Source: Promethearchaeota archaeon | GTDB lineage: Archaea; Asgardarchaeota; Lokiarchaeia; Sigyniarchaeales; SOKP01 | Assembly (NCBI GenBank): GCA_019058295.1 | Contig: JAHPZI010000028.1 | Span: 64,001-128,000, forward strand | DNA: 64,000 nt | Direction of reading: 5' to 3' | Part shown: piece after piece, positions 19,230 to 30,800 of the stretch | How the letters are laid out: each line of letters opens with the position of its first letter | Position numbering within the stretch: the stretch's first letter is position 1 | The notes under the pieces: generated by a model | What the model saw: only the letters and a program-made list of their open reading frames with translations | Told to the model about the DNA's origin: nothing | The model's database searches: none | Position numbers and translations under genes: made by a program

Positions 19230-20768
19230 TTGACTAAAATAAATAAATTATCAGACCCGGCTGATTTGAGCGAAGATCCCTCAAAAGAACATTTTCTTTA
19301 TAAAATCTTAAATCCACATAGCATATGCGTATTTGGGGCGAATAATAATCTATTAAACACGATGGGATCAATGCAACTGAGAAATATCATTTTTGGTAGA
19401 GGTTTAAATGGAAATATTTACCCTATTCATCCAAGATTAGATAAAGTTCAAGGACTCAAAGCTTACAAAACCGTATTCGAAGTACCAGTAATTCCTGATC
19501 TAGCATTTATCATATTACCTCCGAAAGCTGTTCCACAAGTAATAGAAGAATGTGGTCAAAAAGGAATAAAGAATTTAATAATTACCTCTGGAGGCTTCAG
19601 GGAGATCGGATCTGAAGAAGGGGTTAAATTATCTCAAAAAATAGGCGAGATTGCTCAAAAATATAATATGAGATTTGTAGGTCCTAATTGTTTAGGTGTT
19701 TATAACGGATGGTATGGTTACCCTGAAAAAAAAGAAGCTAACTTTAATACTTTTTGGATTTATCTTCCACATAAAAGAGGTAATATCTCAATTGTGAGTC
19801 AATCGGGAACTGTAGCTGCTCAAACTTCGTGGCATTCAAATGATTTGGGAGTTACAATCGGGAAATCAATTTCCATTGGTAATGAAAAAAATATTGATAT
19901 TGTTGATTTTTTAGAATTTTTTAGAGATGATCCTCAAACAGAGGTTATTGGGATATATTTAGAAGAAATTAAGAGAGGAAAAGAATTCATTCGTTTAGCT
20001 CGTGAAATAACTCCCAAGAAACCGATTGTTGCAATATTTGCTGGTGGAACTGAAGCAGCAGATCGATCAGTAATGAGCCATACTGGTTCTTTAGGAGGAA
20101 ATGATAAGATATATGATGCAGTATTTAAAAAGACGGGAATTATTTCTACAAACTCCATAACAGATTTTCTATATTACCTTAGAACTCTATCTTACGCTCA
20201 AATTAATAAGATATTTCCCAAAGGTCGAAGAGTAGGAATCATTACAGAATCTGGTGGCTCAGGCTCGATTATAGCAAAATCAATCGAATTACTTGGATTA
20301 AAAGTTCCAGAATTCTCTGAAGAATTACAAAGCAAAATAGCCGAATATTTACCTCCTACAGGAAGCAAATCCAATCCAGTAGATATCACTTTTTTTAGGA
20401 GTTATTATGATTTTTACGTAAAATTACCAAAATTAATAATTCAATCTGGAGAAGTAGATTGTGTAATTTTCGATGGAGTTTTCGATTTTGAAGAAGTATT
20501 TGAAGTTATGGAAATGAGTGGCTTTCCAATTGATGAAAAAATGAAAGGATCACTAAATGCATTTTTTAGCGGGATTATAAAACCCATAAAAAGATTAACT
20601 CGTAAAAAATCAATTCCATTTTTTTATTGCGGCCCTCAGCTTTACACACATCCTTTGTATCAAACTTTTCTTTCAAATAATCTACCTCTATTCGATTTCT
20701 GGGATCAACCATCTAAATGTATGAAAATTTTATGTGAATATTCAGAATATCGAAGGAAATTTTCTTGA
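19230..20768 (+). CDS. Acyl-CoA synthetase (NDP-forming), alpha subunit
   Basis: CoA-binding domain, GPNCLG, SQSG, SHTGSL phospho-His, SGG, NPVD. Confidence 0.88.
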   Translation: MTKINKLSDPADLSEDPSKEHFLYKILNPHSICVFGANNNLLNTMGSMQLRNIIFGRGLNGNIYPIHPRLDKVQGLKAYKTVFEVPVIPDLAFIILPPKAVPQVIEECGQKGIKNLIITSGGFREIGSEEGVKLSQKIGEIAQKYNMRFVGPNCLGVYNGWYGYPEKKEANFNTFWIYLPHKRGNISIVSQSGTVAAQTSWHSNDLGVTIGKSISIGNEKNIDIVDFLEFFRDDPQTEVIGIYLEEIKRGKEFIRLAREITPKKPIVAIFAGGTEAADRSVMSHTGSLGGNDKIYDAVFKKTGIISTNSITDFLYYLRTLSYAQINKIFPKGRRVGIITESGGSGSIIAKSIELLGLKVPEFSEELQSKIAEYLPPTGSKSNPVDITFFRSYYDFYVKLPKLIIQSGEVDCVIFDGVFDFEEVFEVMEMSGFPIDEKMKGSLNAFFSGIIKPIKRLTRKKSIPFFYCGPQLYTHPLYQTFLSNNLPLFDFWDQPSKCMKILCEYSEYRRKFS

Positions 20769-20985
20769 TTCTAATTTGAATATTACGAAATTGGTCATAT
20801 TAAAGTGAATTTTTTTTAATGATGTAGAAATAACATCATAAATTAAATATTATTCAAGAGAATAGAACGATCAATGAAGAATTAAATGAAAATATTCACT
20901 AATTATTTATATATAATTTACTGTATTATAATTAGAATCTATAGAAAAAGCGATAATAAAATTAAAAATTAAAAAGGATTTATTC

Positions 20986-21981
20986 TTGCCCGTAGAATTT
21001 TACAACCCGCCGCGCTCATTACTAGCCTCTGGAACTAAAAAAGGAGTGGAACTTGGAGGAGATAAAAGAATTTTAAGTATTGATGTGAGACATAATTTTT
21101 ATACAGAAGGAACAATTTTTACTGAGCTCAGCTGGGCAGAATTTTACCAGGAAGAGGGAATTGAGGATCAAATAGATACATTTACCACTACTGAATTTAA
21201 ATCTGTTAGAGATGATCCAGAAGCGTTAGTTAAAACTATAGTCAATAGCATAAATAATATTATCAATAATAAAAGATTATTTTATGGTATCGTAGATTTT
21301 GAAGTCGATGCTTTTATGAACCAAAACTGTGTCATTCCAGGTCTTAAGTTAGATCTTAATATAATAAATAAGCTGCTGGAAGCTCATAAAAAATCAAGGG
21401 ATGAGGATTTATTTCCAAAAATTATCAGTGATAAAGGAGGATTGAAAAAAATTAATATCGAATTTCAAGGAACTAAGAAAAGAAATCTACAAATTCCTGG
21501 TTCAAAATTAGAAGATATTTCTGATCTATTACGAAGGGCAAAAGGATTTGCTACAGGCATAGTGTGTACTAGTAGAGGGGCAGCAAATCTCTATATTATG
21601 AGCGATAATATCGTTTTTAAAGAGGAAGAACTATCTGAGCTATATATAGATCAGGAAAATATAATGATAATAGAAATGGGAATTCAAAGAAAATTACTAT
21701 TTCCCATCAGTTGGTTCAGAATAGATTTGGGTATCAAATCTTTAGAAACATTAGAAATATGGGATGAAATTAAGGAAAATTCCCTCCTTGCTAAGGCTTT
21801 AAATGATTATGATAATTATATCAGTACTTTGATATATAAAAAGTATAAATCAGTTGCTTCGAGAGAAATTGGTGTTGATCTTGAGAGTGATTTTTACTCT
21901 ATGACTCCCCAAGAAAGAGATAAAGCACTTAAAGATATGGCAGAAGCGATAAGATTTTTAACTAAAAAATACCGTGAGTAA
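20986..21981 (+). CDS. Hypothetical protein
   Basis: 331-aa ORF with globular composition; no motif recognised. Confidence 0.7.
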   Translation: MPVEFYNPPRSLLASGTKKGVELGGDKRILSIDVRHNFYTEGTIFTELSWAEFYQEEGIEDQIDTFTTTEFKSVRDDPEALVKTIVNSINNIINNKRLFYGIVDFEVDAFMNQNCVIPGLKLDLNIINKLLEAHKKSRDEDLFPKIISDKGGLKKINIEFQGTKKRNLQIPGSKLEDISDLLRRAKGFATGIVCTSRGAANLYIMSDNIVFKEEELSELYIDQENIMIIEMGIQRKLLFPISWFRIDLGIKSLETLEIWDEIKENSLLAKALNDYDNYISTLIYKKYKSVASREIGVDLESDFYSMTPQERDKALKDMAEAIRFLTKKYRE

Positions 21982-21983
21982 CC

Positions 21984-22289
21984 CTATTCTTTTAGAATTC
22001 TGGGGGCCTTAAAATATCCATCTTTCTTGTGTTGAGCATTTCTTAAGGCATCCTCTTTAGAAAGGCTTTTCCATGGAATATCTTCTCTGAAAACATTTTT
22101 TAACCCTTCAATTGCGTGTGTAGTAGGTTTGACCTCACTAGTGTCTAAATCATTCAATTTTTTAAAATAAGAAATTATATCCCTTAATTGCTTAGATAAT
22201 TTTTCTTTTTCTTCTTCGGATAAATCTAATAGTGCTAATTTTGATAAATAATCAATAGTTTCCTTCGAAAATTCTTCCTTATCTGTCAT
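21984..22289 (-). CDS. gatC: Asp-tRNA(Asn)/Glu-tRNA(Gln) amidotransferase subunit C
   Basis: LSKLALLDLSEEE, LDTSEVKPT, NVFRED, NA...DGYFKAPRI. Confidence 0.93.
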   Translation of the reverse strand: MTDKEEFSKETIDYLSKLALLDLSEEEKEKLSKQLRDIISYFKKLNDLDTSEVKPTTHAIEGLKNVFREDIPWKSLSKEDALRNAQHKKDGYFKAPRILKE

Positions 22290-22386
22290 TCAAATATCAT
22301 GGATTATTAATTATAATGTAAATAATTAATTTTCATATTTTACTTTATTTATTAGTATAAAAAAGTAACAAGGTTCATTTAATAAA

Positions 22387-22755
22387 ATGAGTGATAATGA
22401 AAATTTATGGTATGAAATCCCCAGTACAGCATGGATCTCTTTAGCAAGGAGAGGGATGGAAAGTATTAGTCTTGCACAATGTTTTTTGAAAAACTGCGAT
22501 AATGAAGATATTGATTTATTAGAACCCTTTAAGAAAGAAGAGTATGAGGATAATAAAAAACATATAAAAAAGATTCATATTAAATGCAAAAAGTGTGGCG
22601 GTATTTTTCAATTGAAATTTGAAACAATAAAAAGAGTAGCCAAACCTACTAAAAAGAATAAAGACGAAGTTGAGGATGATCAGGTATTATCAATAGGATT
22701 AGTTCATGCTTTAGACGAAAAAGGAAATAATTTAGGGCATGTGGGCTATTTTTAA
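22387..22755 (+). CDS. Hypothetical zinc-binding protein
   Basis: CFLKNC and CKKC cysteine pairs. Confidence 0.6.
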   Translation: MSDNENLWYEIPSTAWISLARRGMESISLAQCFLKNCDNEDIDLLEPFKKEEYEDNKKHIKKIHIKCKKCGGIFQLKFETIKRVAKPTKKNKDEVEDDQVLSIGLVHALDEKGNNLGHVGYF

Positions 22756-22813
22756 TAATTCAAATTAATTTCTTATTTTAATTCATATATAGAAAAAAAA
22801 AACTATACAAAGA

Positions 22814-23806
22814 ATGACTAAATTAATCATAGATGGACATCGTCATTTAATGTGCCTTAAGGCATATAAAAAAGCCATGAGGCTTAAACTAATTGATCAA
22901 AGTTTTTATGACAAATCTTCGCTCGAAGTTAATTTTGAAAAAGCAAAAGATTGGTTTCGCAAAATGACAGATGTAAATGAGCATATTGCAGATTTAACTT
23001 CTACTGGTATAGATATGGCTATTTTAGAACCATCTCCTATGGAATTTTATTATAATGCAGAACCAGCAATAGGGGCAGAATTATGTCGGATTATAAATGA
23101 AAATACATCTCGATTTATAAACTCTTATCCTGAGCATTTATTGGGACTAGCTACTGTTCCATTACAAGATATTGAATTGGCTATTGAAGAGCTTAATTTT
23201 GCTATTGAAAATCTTAATTTAAATGGTGTAGCTATGGTATCTAACATTAAAGGCCATGGTTTTAATGAAGAAAAATTTATACCTTTCTTTAAGGAGGTAG
23301 AAAGATTAAATCTTCCAATTTTTATCCATCCGACCAATCCTCTTGAATCTAAACATCTCCATGAATATTATCTTATAAATTTCCTTGGCTTTCCATTAGA
23401 AACTACAATATTTGCAGCTCAGTTGGTTTTTAGTGGCATTTTTGACAGATGTCCACATTTAAAAATATGTTTAGCTCATGCTGGTGGAGTATTACCTTTT
23501 TTATTGGGCCGACTTGAGCATGGACAATTAGTACGACCTGAAGCTCAAGAAACCATTAGAAATAATTTTAGCTACTATTTGAAAAATCTTTATGTAGATT
23601 CCATTACATTTCGTCCTGATATACTTCGCTTTGTTATATCTATAATGCCTGAAGGCCACGTTTTTATGGGTACTGATTACCCTTTTGATATGGCAGATAC
23701 GGATCCAGTGAACACAGTAAAGTCTGCGATATCAGATAAAGTTTTAATTAGCGATATTCTAGGTGGGAATATTTCACGACTAATAGGAATTTCTAATAAA
23801 AATTAA
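22814..23806 (+). CDS. Amidohydrolase_2 family (ACMSD-like decarboxylase/hydratase)
   Basis: IDGHRH, FIHP, AHAGG, GTDYPF. Confidence 0.88.
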   Translation: MTKLIIDGHRHLMCLKAYKKAMRLKLIDQSFYDKSSLEVNFEKAKDWFRKMTDVNEHIADLTSTGIDMAILEPSPMEFYYNAEPAIGAELCRIINENTSRFINSYPEHLLGLATVPLQDIELAIEELNFAIENLNLNGVAMVSNIKGHGFNEEKFIPFFKEVERLNLPIFIHPTNPLESKHLHEYYLINFLGFPLETTIFAAQLVFSGIFDRCPHLKICLAHAGGVLPFLLGRLEHGQLVRPEAQETIRNNFSYYLKNLYVDSITFRPDILRFVISIMPEGHVFMGTDYPFDMADTDPVNTVKSAISDKVLISDILGGNISRLIGISNKN

Positions 23807-23862
23807 TTTAATTCAAGAAAATCAATTTATCTTTCCTTCAAAAATCAGGAATTAGTTAAAAT

Positions 23863-25380
23863 TTACTTCGAAAATGTACATTCATCAATGATGAAGCCCG
23901 TTTCATCAATAGTTGTAAGTCTAAGGCTTGTTCCATCAATTGAAATGCGATTATAATGGTACTTTTCTACGGCAACTAAAGTTCGACCATAATAATTCAA
24001 ATCATTTACATTTTCAGATTGTGAATCGTATACACTTAATTCAATCCCATGTAGATGAGCACCTCCACCTCCCGCGCCACTTACAATATATGTAATATTA
24101 TGAGTTCCAATATCTGATATTGAGTAGCCCATAAGAGTACGCTCATAATGATGGTTATGCCCATTTAAGACAAAATCTACGCCACATTCCATAAAGATGG
24201 GATGCCAATAACGAACTTTATACTCAGGTTCTTCTATATGACCATTTTTAATTCTCATTGAAAACGGTGGTTTATGGAACATTACAAAAATCCAATCATA
24301 TAGCCCACTGGATTTAGCATCAATTAAAGTGCTACGAACCCATCTGACATATTCAGAATCATAATTTTCAGGTGCTGCTAATTCCTGTTGATCATATCCA
24401 ATTACCAAAACAAAAACATTTCCACAGTCAAAATAATAAGAAGTTTCGTCATGATCAGGGCCATCTGTAGGTAATTCATAGAAATTTAAAAAATCTTGAC
24501 CTGTAGCCGGAACTTTATCTTTTGTCCACCAATCGTGATTTCCAGCAACTGGCATATATGGAATACTTTTAGAAATATTCCTAATGATAAAAAAATTATA
24601 ATCCCATTGCTCTAAATGGTTATCATTATAATTATTGGCGATATCGCCTGCTTGAAGAACAAAACGTACATTTTTTTCTTCTTCCATCAATCCAATTATC
24701 TCTGCGTGCTCTCGATCTGGTGATGAGGGATCACCTTCTCTAGAATCACCATAAAATAAAAATGTAAATGGAGTGCGACTTCCTTGCTCAGGGGCAGTTT
24801 TAAATGAGGTGGGTTCATCTAAAAAATCAGGAATACGATAATAATATTTAGTATCTGGTAATAATCCTTTTAATGTTACAGTGTGATGATGATTAGTACC
24901 TCCAACGATTGCTGTTTCTGTTAACTTTGATGGATTTTTTCCCCATTCAAATTTAGGTATTGGGTCTGAAATATAAGTTTCCCATGTAATTGTCATTGTA
25001 GTTGATGGGTCATCAGTCCAAGATAAATATGGTCCATGATCTTTTTGTTGTAAATAATGATAATAATTATTATAATATAGTGCTGCTCCAAATAATGCAA
25101 ATAAGAAGAAGAATCCTAAAATCTTAGTTAATTTAAGGGAGGAATAACTTTTCTTAATCCGAAATGATTTTTTATATCGAATGCCTTCCACAGAACAAAA
25201 GATGCCAAAAATTAGTAATATCGTAAAAAATACCAAAAAAAACAAAAAACTAAATGTAAAATCAATATGTATACCCCAGTATAAACTAAACCATACTAAT
25301 GAAATTATAATGGATATTACTCCTATAAACAAAAATAACCAAGGGAAAATCTTTTTATTTATCACATTTAAAATTCTCAA
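23863..25380 (-). CDS. Membrane-anchored purple acid phosphatase-type metallophosphoesterase
   Basis: 3 N-terminal TMs, FN3-like PAP N-domain, YGD, AGD, GNHD, FH, GHNHHYER. Confidence 0.9.
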   Translation of the reverse strand: MRILNVINKKIFPWLFLFIGVISIIISLVWFSLYWGIHIDFTFSFLFFLVFFTILLIFGIFCSVEGIRYKKSFRIKKSYSSLKLTKILGFFFLFALFGAALYYNNYYHYLQQKDHGPYLSWTDDPSTTMTITWETYISDPIPKFEWGKNPSKLTETAIVGGTNHHHTVTLKGLLPDTKYYYRIPDFLDEPTSFKTAPEQGSRTPFTFLFYGDSREGDPSSPDREHAEIIGLMEEEKNVRFVLQAGDIANNYNDNHLEQWDYNFFIIRNISKSIPYMPVAGNHDWWTKDKVPATGQDFLNFYELPTDGPDHDETSYYFDCGNVFVLVIGYDQQELAAPENYDSEYVRWVRSTLIDAKSSGLYDWIFVMFHKPPFSMRIKNGHIEEPEYKVRYWHPIFMECGVDFVLNGHNHHYERTLMGYSISDIGTHNITYIVSGAGGGGAHLHGIELSVYDSQSENVNDLNYYGRTLVAVEKYHYNRISIDGTSLRLTTIDETGFIIDECTFSK

Positions 25381-25758
25381 TAATTAGTACGTACTATTTA
25401 AAAAAATTTTTTACTCTTTTAAAGTGATAAATAGAGATATTTACTCTTAAATTGTTCCTCTAGAAAATATAAAGATTAATTAATTACAAATTCAAATTTA
25501 TGACAAGTTTTGCAACAAATTAATCTATATCTAATTTATGTCAAAAGTAGAAGATAAATACACCTTCTTTAGATTTTTGAAATGAAATAAGATATTTATA
25601 TCAATAAATAATTCATATCAAATCTTATTTTTCAATAAGAGAATCATTTCTTTATAATTTAAATAAAAAATTATAATGTTTTAGCACTAAGGATAAAAAT
25701 ATATAATTTATTTTCCTATATTTGATTATCAGATTCTATTTTATAAAGATTATATAGC

Positions 25759-27486
25759 ATGTCGACAAAAATTGGAGAGGAAGATGAATTACGGAGAAAA
25801 GTGTGGAGGATTATTAATTTAACTCAGGCAAATCAATTATTTGTTCATTCTAAAAACCTAGAGATTAAATATTTGGATGAAAAAAGTAAAAAAATTAAGA
25901 CTAAAGTATTGCCTGAAATATTATCGTTGTGTGTTTTAAATGCTCTAGTACCAAACTCAGCAATGCTTTTAATTGGGGGTCACGGAGGTGGGAAGACAAC
26001 GATTTCTAAATATCTTGGTCGAATGTTTACAGCCAGTACATTAAATGAGATAGAAAATTCTATAATTAGAGGACATCCCCAATTGACTGAAGAAAAATTA
26101 GTTGGCACGCTTAAATTAGGTAAATTGATGCATGAAGGAGAAGAAGAGGTAGTATGGAGAAAATTTGTCACAGAATTTTGGAAAATAATTGATGAAGTAA
26201 ATAGATTAACGCCTTATGCTCAAGACATATTATTATCTTTACTTGCCGAAGGTTCAGTAAAATATTATGATTCAATATCTAATATCAATAAATATTGCTT
26301 ATATGCAACAATTAATCCTCAAGATGTCGGAACATTTGAACTTTCTGAACCTTTTTTGGACAGATTCGGAATTTCTGTGCCAATTTCTATGCCAGCAAGC
26401 CATGATTTACAATTAATCTTAACAGGGAAAGATGAAAAATATAGTGGTGTGGATGAGCTCATTCAAGTACCAAAAATTTTAACCATTGATGAATTGATGG
26501 AAATTTGGTATTATGTTAATAAAATCTCGTCCGATATTGAAGTAAACAACTATATTCACGCTATTATTCGAGAATTTACCTTATGTGATAGAATAGATAA
26601 AGGAAATACTGAAGATCTTAAGCCAAGCACTGGTCTATGTTCCGGTTGTCATTTTAATACGGCCCAGAATGTATGTAATAAAATTGACTCAATTCTAAGC
26701 GTTAGAGTAGTGAAAGACCTTTTAAGATATTCTAAAGCGTTAGCTTGGTTATTAGGAATAAATCAAATTGATATTAATGTTGTTAATACAATTGCACCAT
26801 ATGTAATCTCACATAGAACCGCATTTGTAAAAAGAGAATTAGAAAAATCTCCCTATTATGGAAATAAATATGAATTCTCAAAAAATTTGTTGAATACCAT
26901 TCAAAAGCGTTTTAAAACTCGTGAAATCTCCTATCAGATTGCTGAAAAATATAGAGAAGGCACTGGTGAAAAAACTGATATAACCGAAATTAAAAAATAT
27001 CAAAAGAACGATTTGATTGTAAAGTACGATCTAATTCCATTTATAAATGAAGTAAATAATAAGGAATACAAAAACCTCGCTCAGCAAATAAAGAATTCTG
27101 CGAAAGGCGGTAAAATAGAGGAAATTGCAGATATTAGAAATACTCTTATGGAAAATATAGACATTCAAAATAGATCCGATTTAATTAATTGGTGCAATAT
27201 TGAACTTTATAAGCAAACCGTAACTGATTATATCTTTCAATATAAATATTGGAAAGATGTTTGGGCTGATATTGTAGCTGAATTTTCAAACTTAGACCAA
27301 CCTTTAAAAGAAGCATTTAAACAAAGGCAGACCAAGCAAATACGCACAGAGGATCTCCTTATAGAGATCAATGTGACTGGAACAGATGACGAATCTTTGG
27401 TAAATATACAAATTTCCGGAGGATCAGAAGCTTTAAAATTGAGAGCGATCTTGGATAAGTTGGAATACCTTCAGAAGGAAGAATAA
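25759..27486 (+). CDS. MoxR-like AAA+ ATPase
   Basis: Walker A GGHGGGKT, Walker B IIDEVNR, ATINP, FLDRF; Cys-rich insert C..CSGC..C. Confidence 0.85.
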   Translation: MSTKIGEEDELRRKVWRIINLTQANQLFVHSKNLEIKYLDEKSKKIKTKVLPEILSLCVLNALVPNSAMLLIGGHGGGKTTISKYLGRMFTASTLNEIENSIIRGHPQLTEEKLVGTLKLGKLMHEGEEEVVWRKFVTEFWKIIDEVNRLTPYAQDILLSLLAEGSVKYYDSISNINKYCLYATINPQDVGTFELSEPFLDRFGISVPISMPASHDLQLILTGKDEKYSGVDELIQVPKILTIDELMEIWYYVNKISSDIEVNNYIHAIIREFTLCDRIDKGNTEDLKPSTGLCSGCHFNTAQNVCNKIDSILSVRVVKDLLRYSKALAWLLGINQIDINVVNTIAPYVISHRTAFVKRELEKSPYYGNKYEFSKNLLNTIQKRFKTREISYQIAEKYREGTGEKTDITEIKKYQKNDLIVKYDLIPFINEVNNKEYKNLAQQIKNSAKGGKIEEIADIRNTLMENIDIQNRSDLINWCNIELYKQTVTDYIFQYKYWKDVWADIVAEFSNLDQPLKEAFKQRQTKQIRTEDLLIEINVTGTDDESLVNIQISGGSEALKLRAILDKLEYLQKEE

Positions 27487-27800
27487 TAAGAATTTCAGAG
27501 GATATTAGTTGAAACTAAGATAAGAAAATATAATAAAAAAAATAAGAAAATTGAATTAGCAACAATTATCTTATATATTTTGTTAATCATTCTCAATATT
27601 CTAATCTTTGGTCCTAAGAGAAGTCTTGTTGTTTATGTTTTAAAAATTTTAAAAATAGAAAGAAAAATATTTTACTTTTTAGTAAATTATTTTAAATCTT
27701 AATTATTATATTTATGTTGTTGAATTATTAGTTCAACGATTCTAAAAAATTAAATCAAAAACATATCTAAATAAAAATTTTAAGCAAAATATCCAAAAAG

Positions 27801-30800
27801 ATGAATTTTATGAACAAGAAAATTATGATTTTGGGGGCAATAGTTATATTTTTAGCTCTTTTAAGCATTTTTAGCAACATTGACTTATTTTATTCTGATA
27901 CTATAAATAATAATAATAAAAATGTCAACTATGATTTCGAAAATGGTTCAGAAACAAAAGAATTTGAAGAGATTATTGATCCAAAGAGTTCTTCTTTATC
28001 TCAGTATACTACATTAACAACATATAGTGTTAATCCTGTTGATTCTGTGGCAATTTCATCAGATGGTAACTATATCGCTGTTGGATCTAATCCAAGCGGT
28101 AAAGTGTATCTCTTTAATAAAACTAGCACAAAAAGTATCTGGGAATATACTATAAGTGGTGATGGAGTAAGATCTATTGCGATTTCTGATAATGGATCTT
28201 ACATTGTTGCAGGGACTGAATTTGGAGATATTTATTTGTTTAATAAAACAAGCAATATAACAACGTGGAAATATTCCGGACCTGGTTGCATATATCGCGT
28301 ATCTATGTCTTCTGATGGTTTCTATTTTGCAACGAGTAATCTCAATAATCGTGTCTACATGTTTAATAGAACGAGTAAAGTACCAATGTGGACGTATGAT
28401 ACTGGCAGTGATGTCTATTCTGTAGCAATTTCGGCTGATGGAAAATATTTAGCTGCGGGGACTCAATCTACTGGAACTTATTTATTTAATACAACTAATA
28501 TAGATAATCCTTTTATTCGTAATTTTAATTCAGGGCCAACGATAATGTCTGTTGCTATATCTTCAGATGGTAGTTATATTATTACAGCAGTAATGAGTGG
28601 TTCAGTAAGATTATTTCATAAATCCAGTTCTTCTTATTTATGGGCACATGGGGGTTCAGATTGCTGGTCTGTGGATATATCTGCAGATGGAAATTATATG
28701 GTAGCAGCAAGAATGGGAGGTCAGACCTGTTTATATGATAGATCAGGTCTTATTTGGAGTAATGACATTATTGGAAATGGATGGAGAGCTACAATATCTG
28801 AAGATGGGAATTATATTGCTATCGGAACTATCACCCTAAATAAGGTTTATTACTATCATAGAGCGATTTCAGAGCCATATTGGAATTGTTCAATGTCGGG
28901 TGAAGTAAGGGGGGTAGATTTATCTGCTGATGGAAAATATTTAGCGGCGGGAAGTCAAGGCGGTATGTATAGATTGTTTTCTAGTGTGAATCCTAAAAAT
29001 TTTACATTATCAACAGATGCTGATGCTTTAGATATAGATGGATCTTTTAACCTGAATTGGACAGAATCTAATGGAGCAGATAATTATACAATTTATGAGT
29101 CAGATGCTTATATAACTGATCTTGGAGCTGGCGTTACAAAATTAGCTACTGATATTGTAGACTTAGGTTACAAGGTATCTAATAAATTAACAGGGGATTA
29201 TTATTACCTTATAAGATCTTACAATGAGACTGGAACTTGCTTTACTAACTGCATTCATATTAAAGTATTATTACCCCCAGGGTCCTTTAATTTAAATACT
29301 GATGCTGATCCGATTGATACTGATGGGTCTTTCGATTTGACATGGTCAACTTCCACCGACGCGGATAATTATTCTGTATATGTTTCGAATACTACTATTA
29401 GCCAAATCGACGAAGATTGTATTGAAATAGTTAGTGGTCTCGTTGCTCAATATAGTTATTCAATCTCAGGATTAGGGAGCGGAGATTATTATTACGCTGT
29501 GGTTGCATTTAATCTTGTAGGGAACGAGACTTCGAATTGCGTTCTAGTGAAAGTTAAGATTCCGCCTCAACCATTTTCAATTGATACAGATGCGGATGAT
29601 CCTGATATTGATGGTTCGTTTAATATAACATGGTCTGAATCTATTGGAGCAGATAATTATTCTGTATACATTTCAAGTAGTTTTATTACTGAAATTGATA
29701 ATGATTGCACTGAGCTACAAAACGGCATAGAAATTTTAAATTATACTGTTAAGGGATTAACTAGCGGATATCACTATTTTGTTGTTGTTGCTTTTAATGA
29801 AACAGGAAATGCAACTTCAGATAATTGTATCACAGTTCACGTGCAAATACCACCGGGACCATTTAATCTCGGTAGTGATGCGGGAAATCCAGATTATACA
29901 GGTAAATTTAATTTAACATGGTCAAAATCGAATGGAGCAGCAAATTATTCTGTATATACATGTAATAGCACAATTTATTCAACAGTGCAACCATATATTA
30001 TTCTATTACAAGAGGGGATTACAATACTTAATTATTCAATATCAACATGGACAGGAATTCATTATTATATCGTTGTTGCATATAATGACACAGGATTTAC
30101 TCTTTCAAATTGTATTTCTGTTGACGTGCGAATTCCACCCAATCCGCTTCAATTAACTTCTACTGCTGATCCAATTGATAAAGATGGGTCATTCTTATTG
30201 AGCTGGAATAATTCCTTAGGGGCTGATAATTACTCGGTATTCATTTCAAACAGTTTTATTACGCAAATTGATGGATCTTGTACAGAAGAAGCAAGTGATC
30301 TTGAGGTCTTAACTTTTCCTATTAATGACAAAGAAAGCGGTAATTATTATTATGTTATAGTAGCATACAATCTTTATGGGAACGAAATTTCAAATTGTAT
30401 TAATATTATTGTTGAAAGAATCCCTTTACCGTTTACAATGAGTTCTGAAGCGGACGATCCCGATTATTCGGGAGCCTTTTACTTGAATTGGACAGAATCT
30501 CTTTACGCGCGAAACTATTCAATTTATCATTACAATTCAACTATAACAGAAATTAATGATACTATAACGATGATAGCTGAAGGGTTAACAAATTTATCAT
30601 ATTGGATTTCAGGATTAGAAAGTGGAAATCATTATTTCATTGCCGTTGCATATAGTATGTATGATAATGTGACTTCAAATTGCATAGAAATAACTGTCAT
30701 CATAAAAAAAGACGTGTACAGTCTTCCTCCTGCCAGTGGCGGTGGAGATGATGGAGGTGGAGGTGGAGAGGATGAAGCTATCCCATTTGGTCATTTCTAC

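Noticed and set aside
19230-20768. ACD alpha subunit without an adjacent beta subunit
   Set aside because: Dispersed alpha paralogs sharing a beta subunit are common in archaea.
27490-27702. Open hydrophobic reading frame after the AAA ATPase stop codons
   Set aside because: No convincing start codon, and it follows tandem TAA TAA so readthrough is unlikely.
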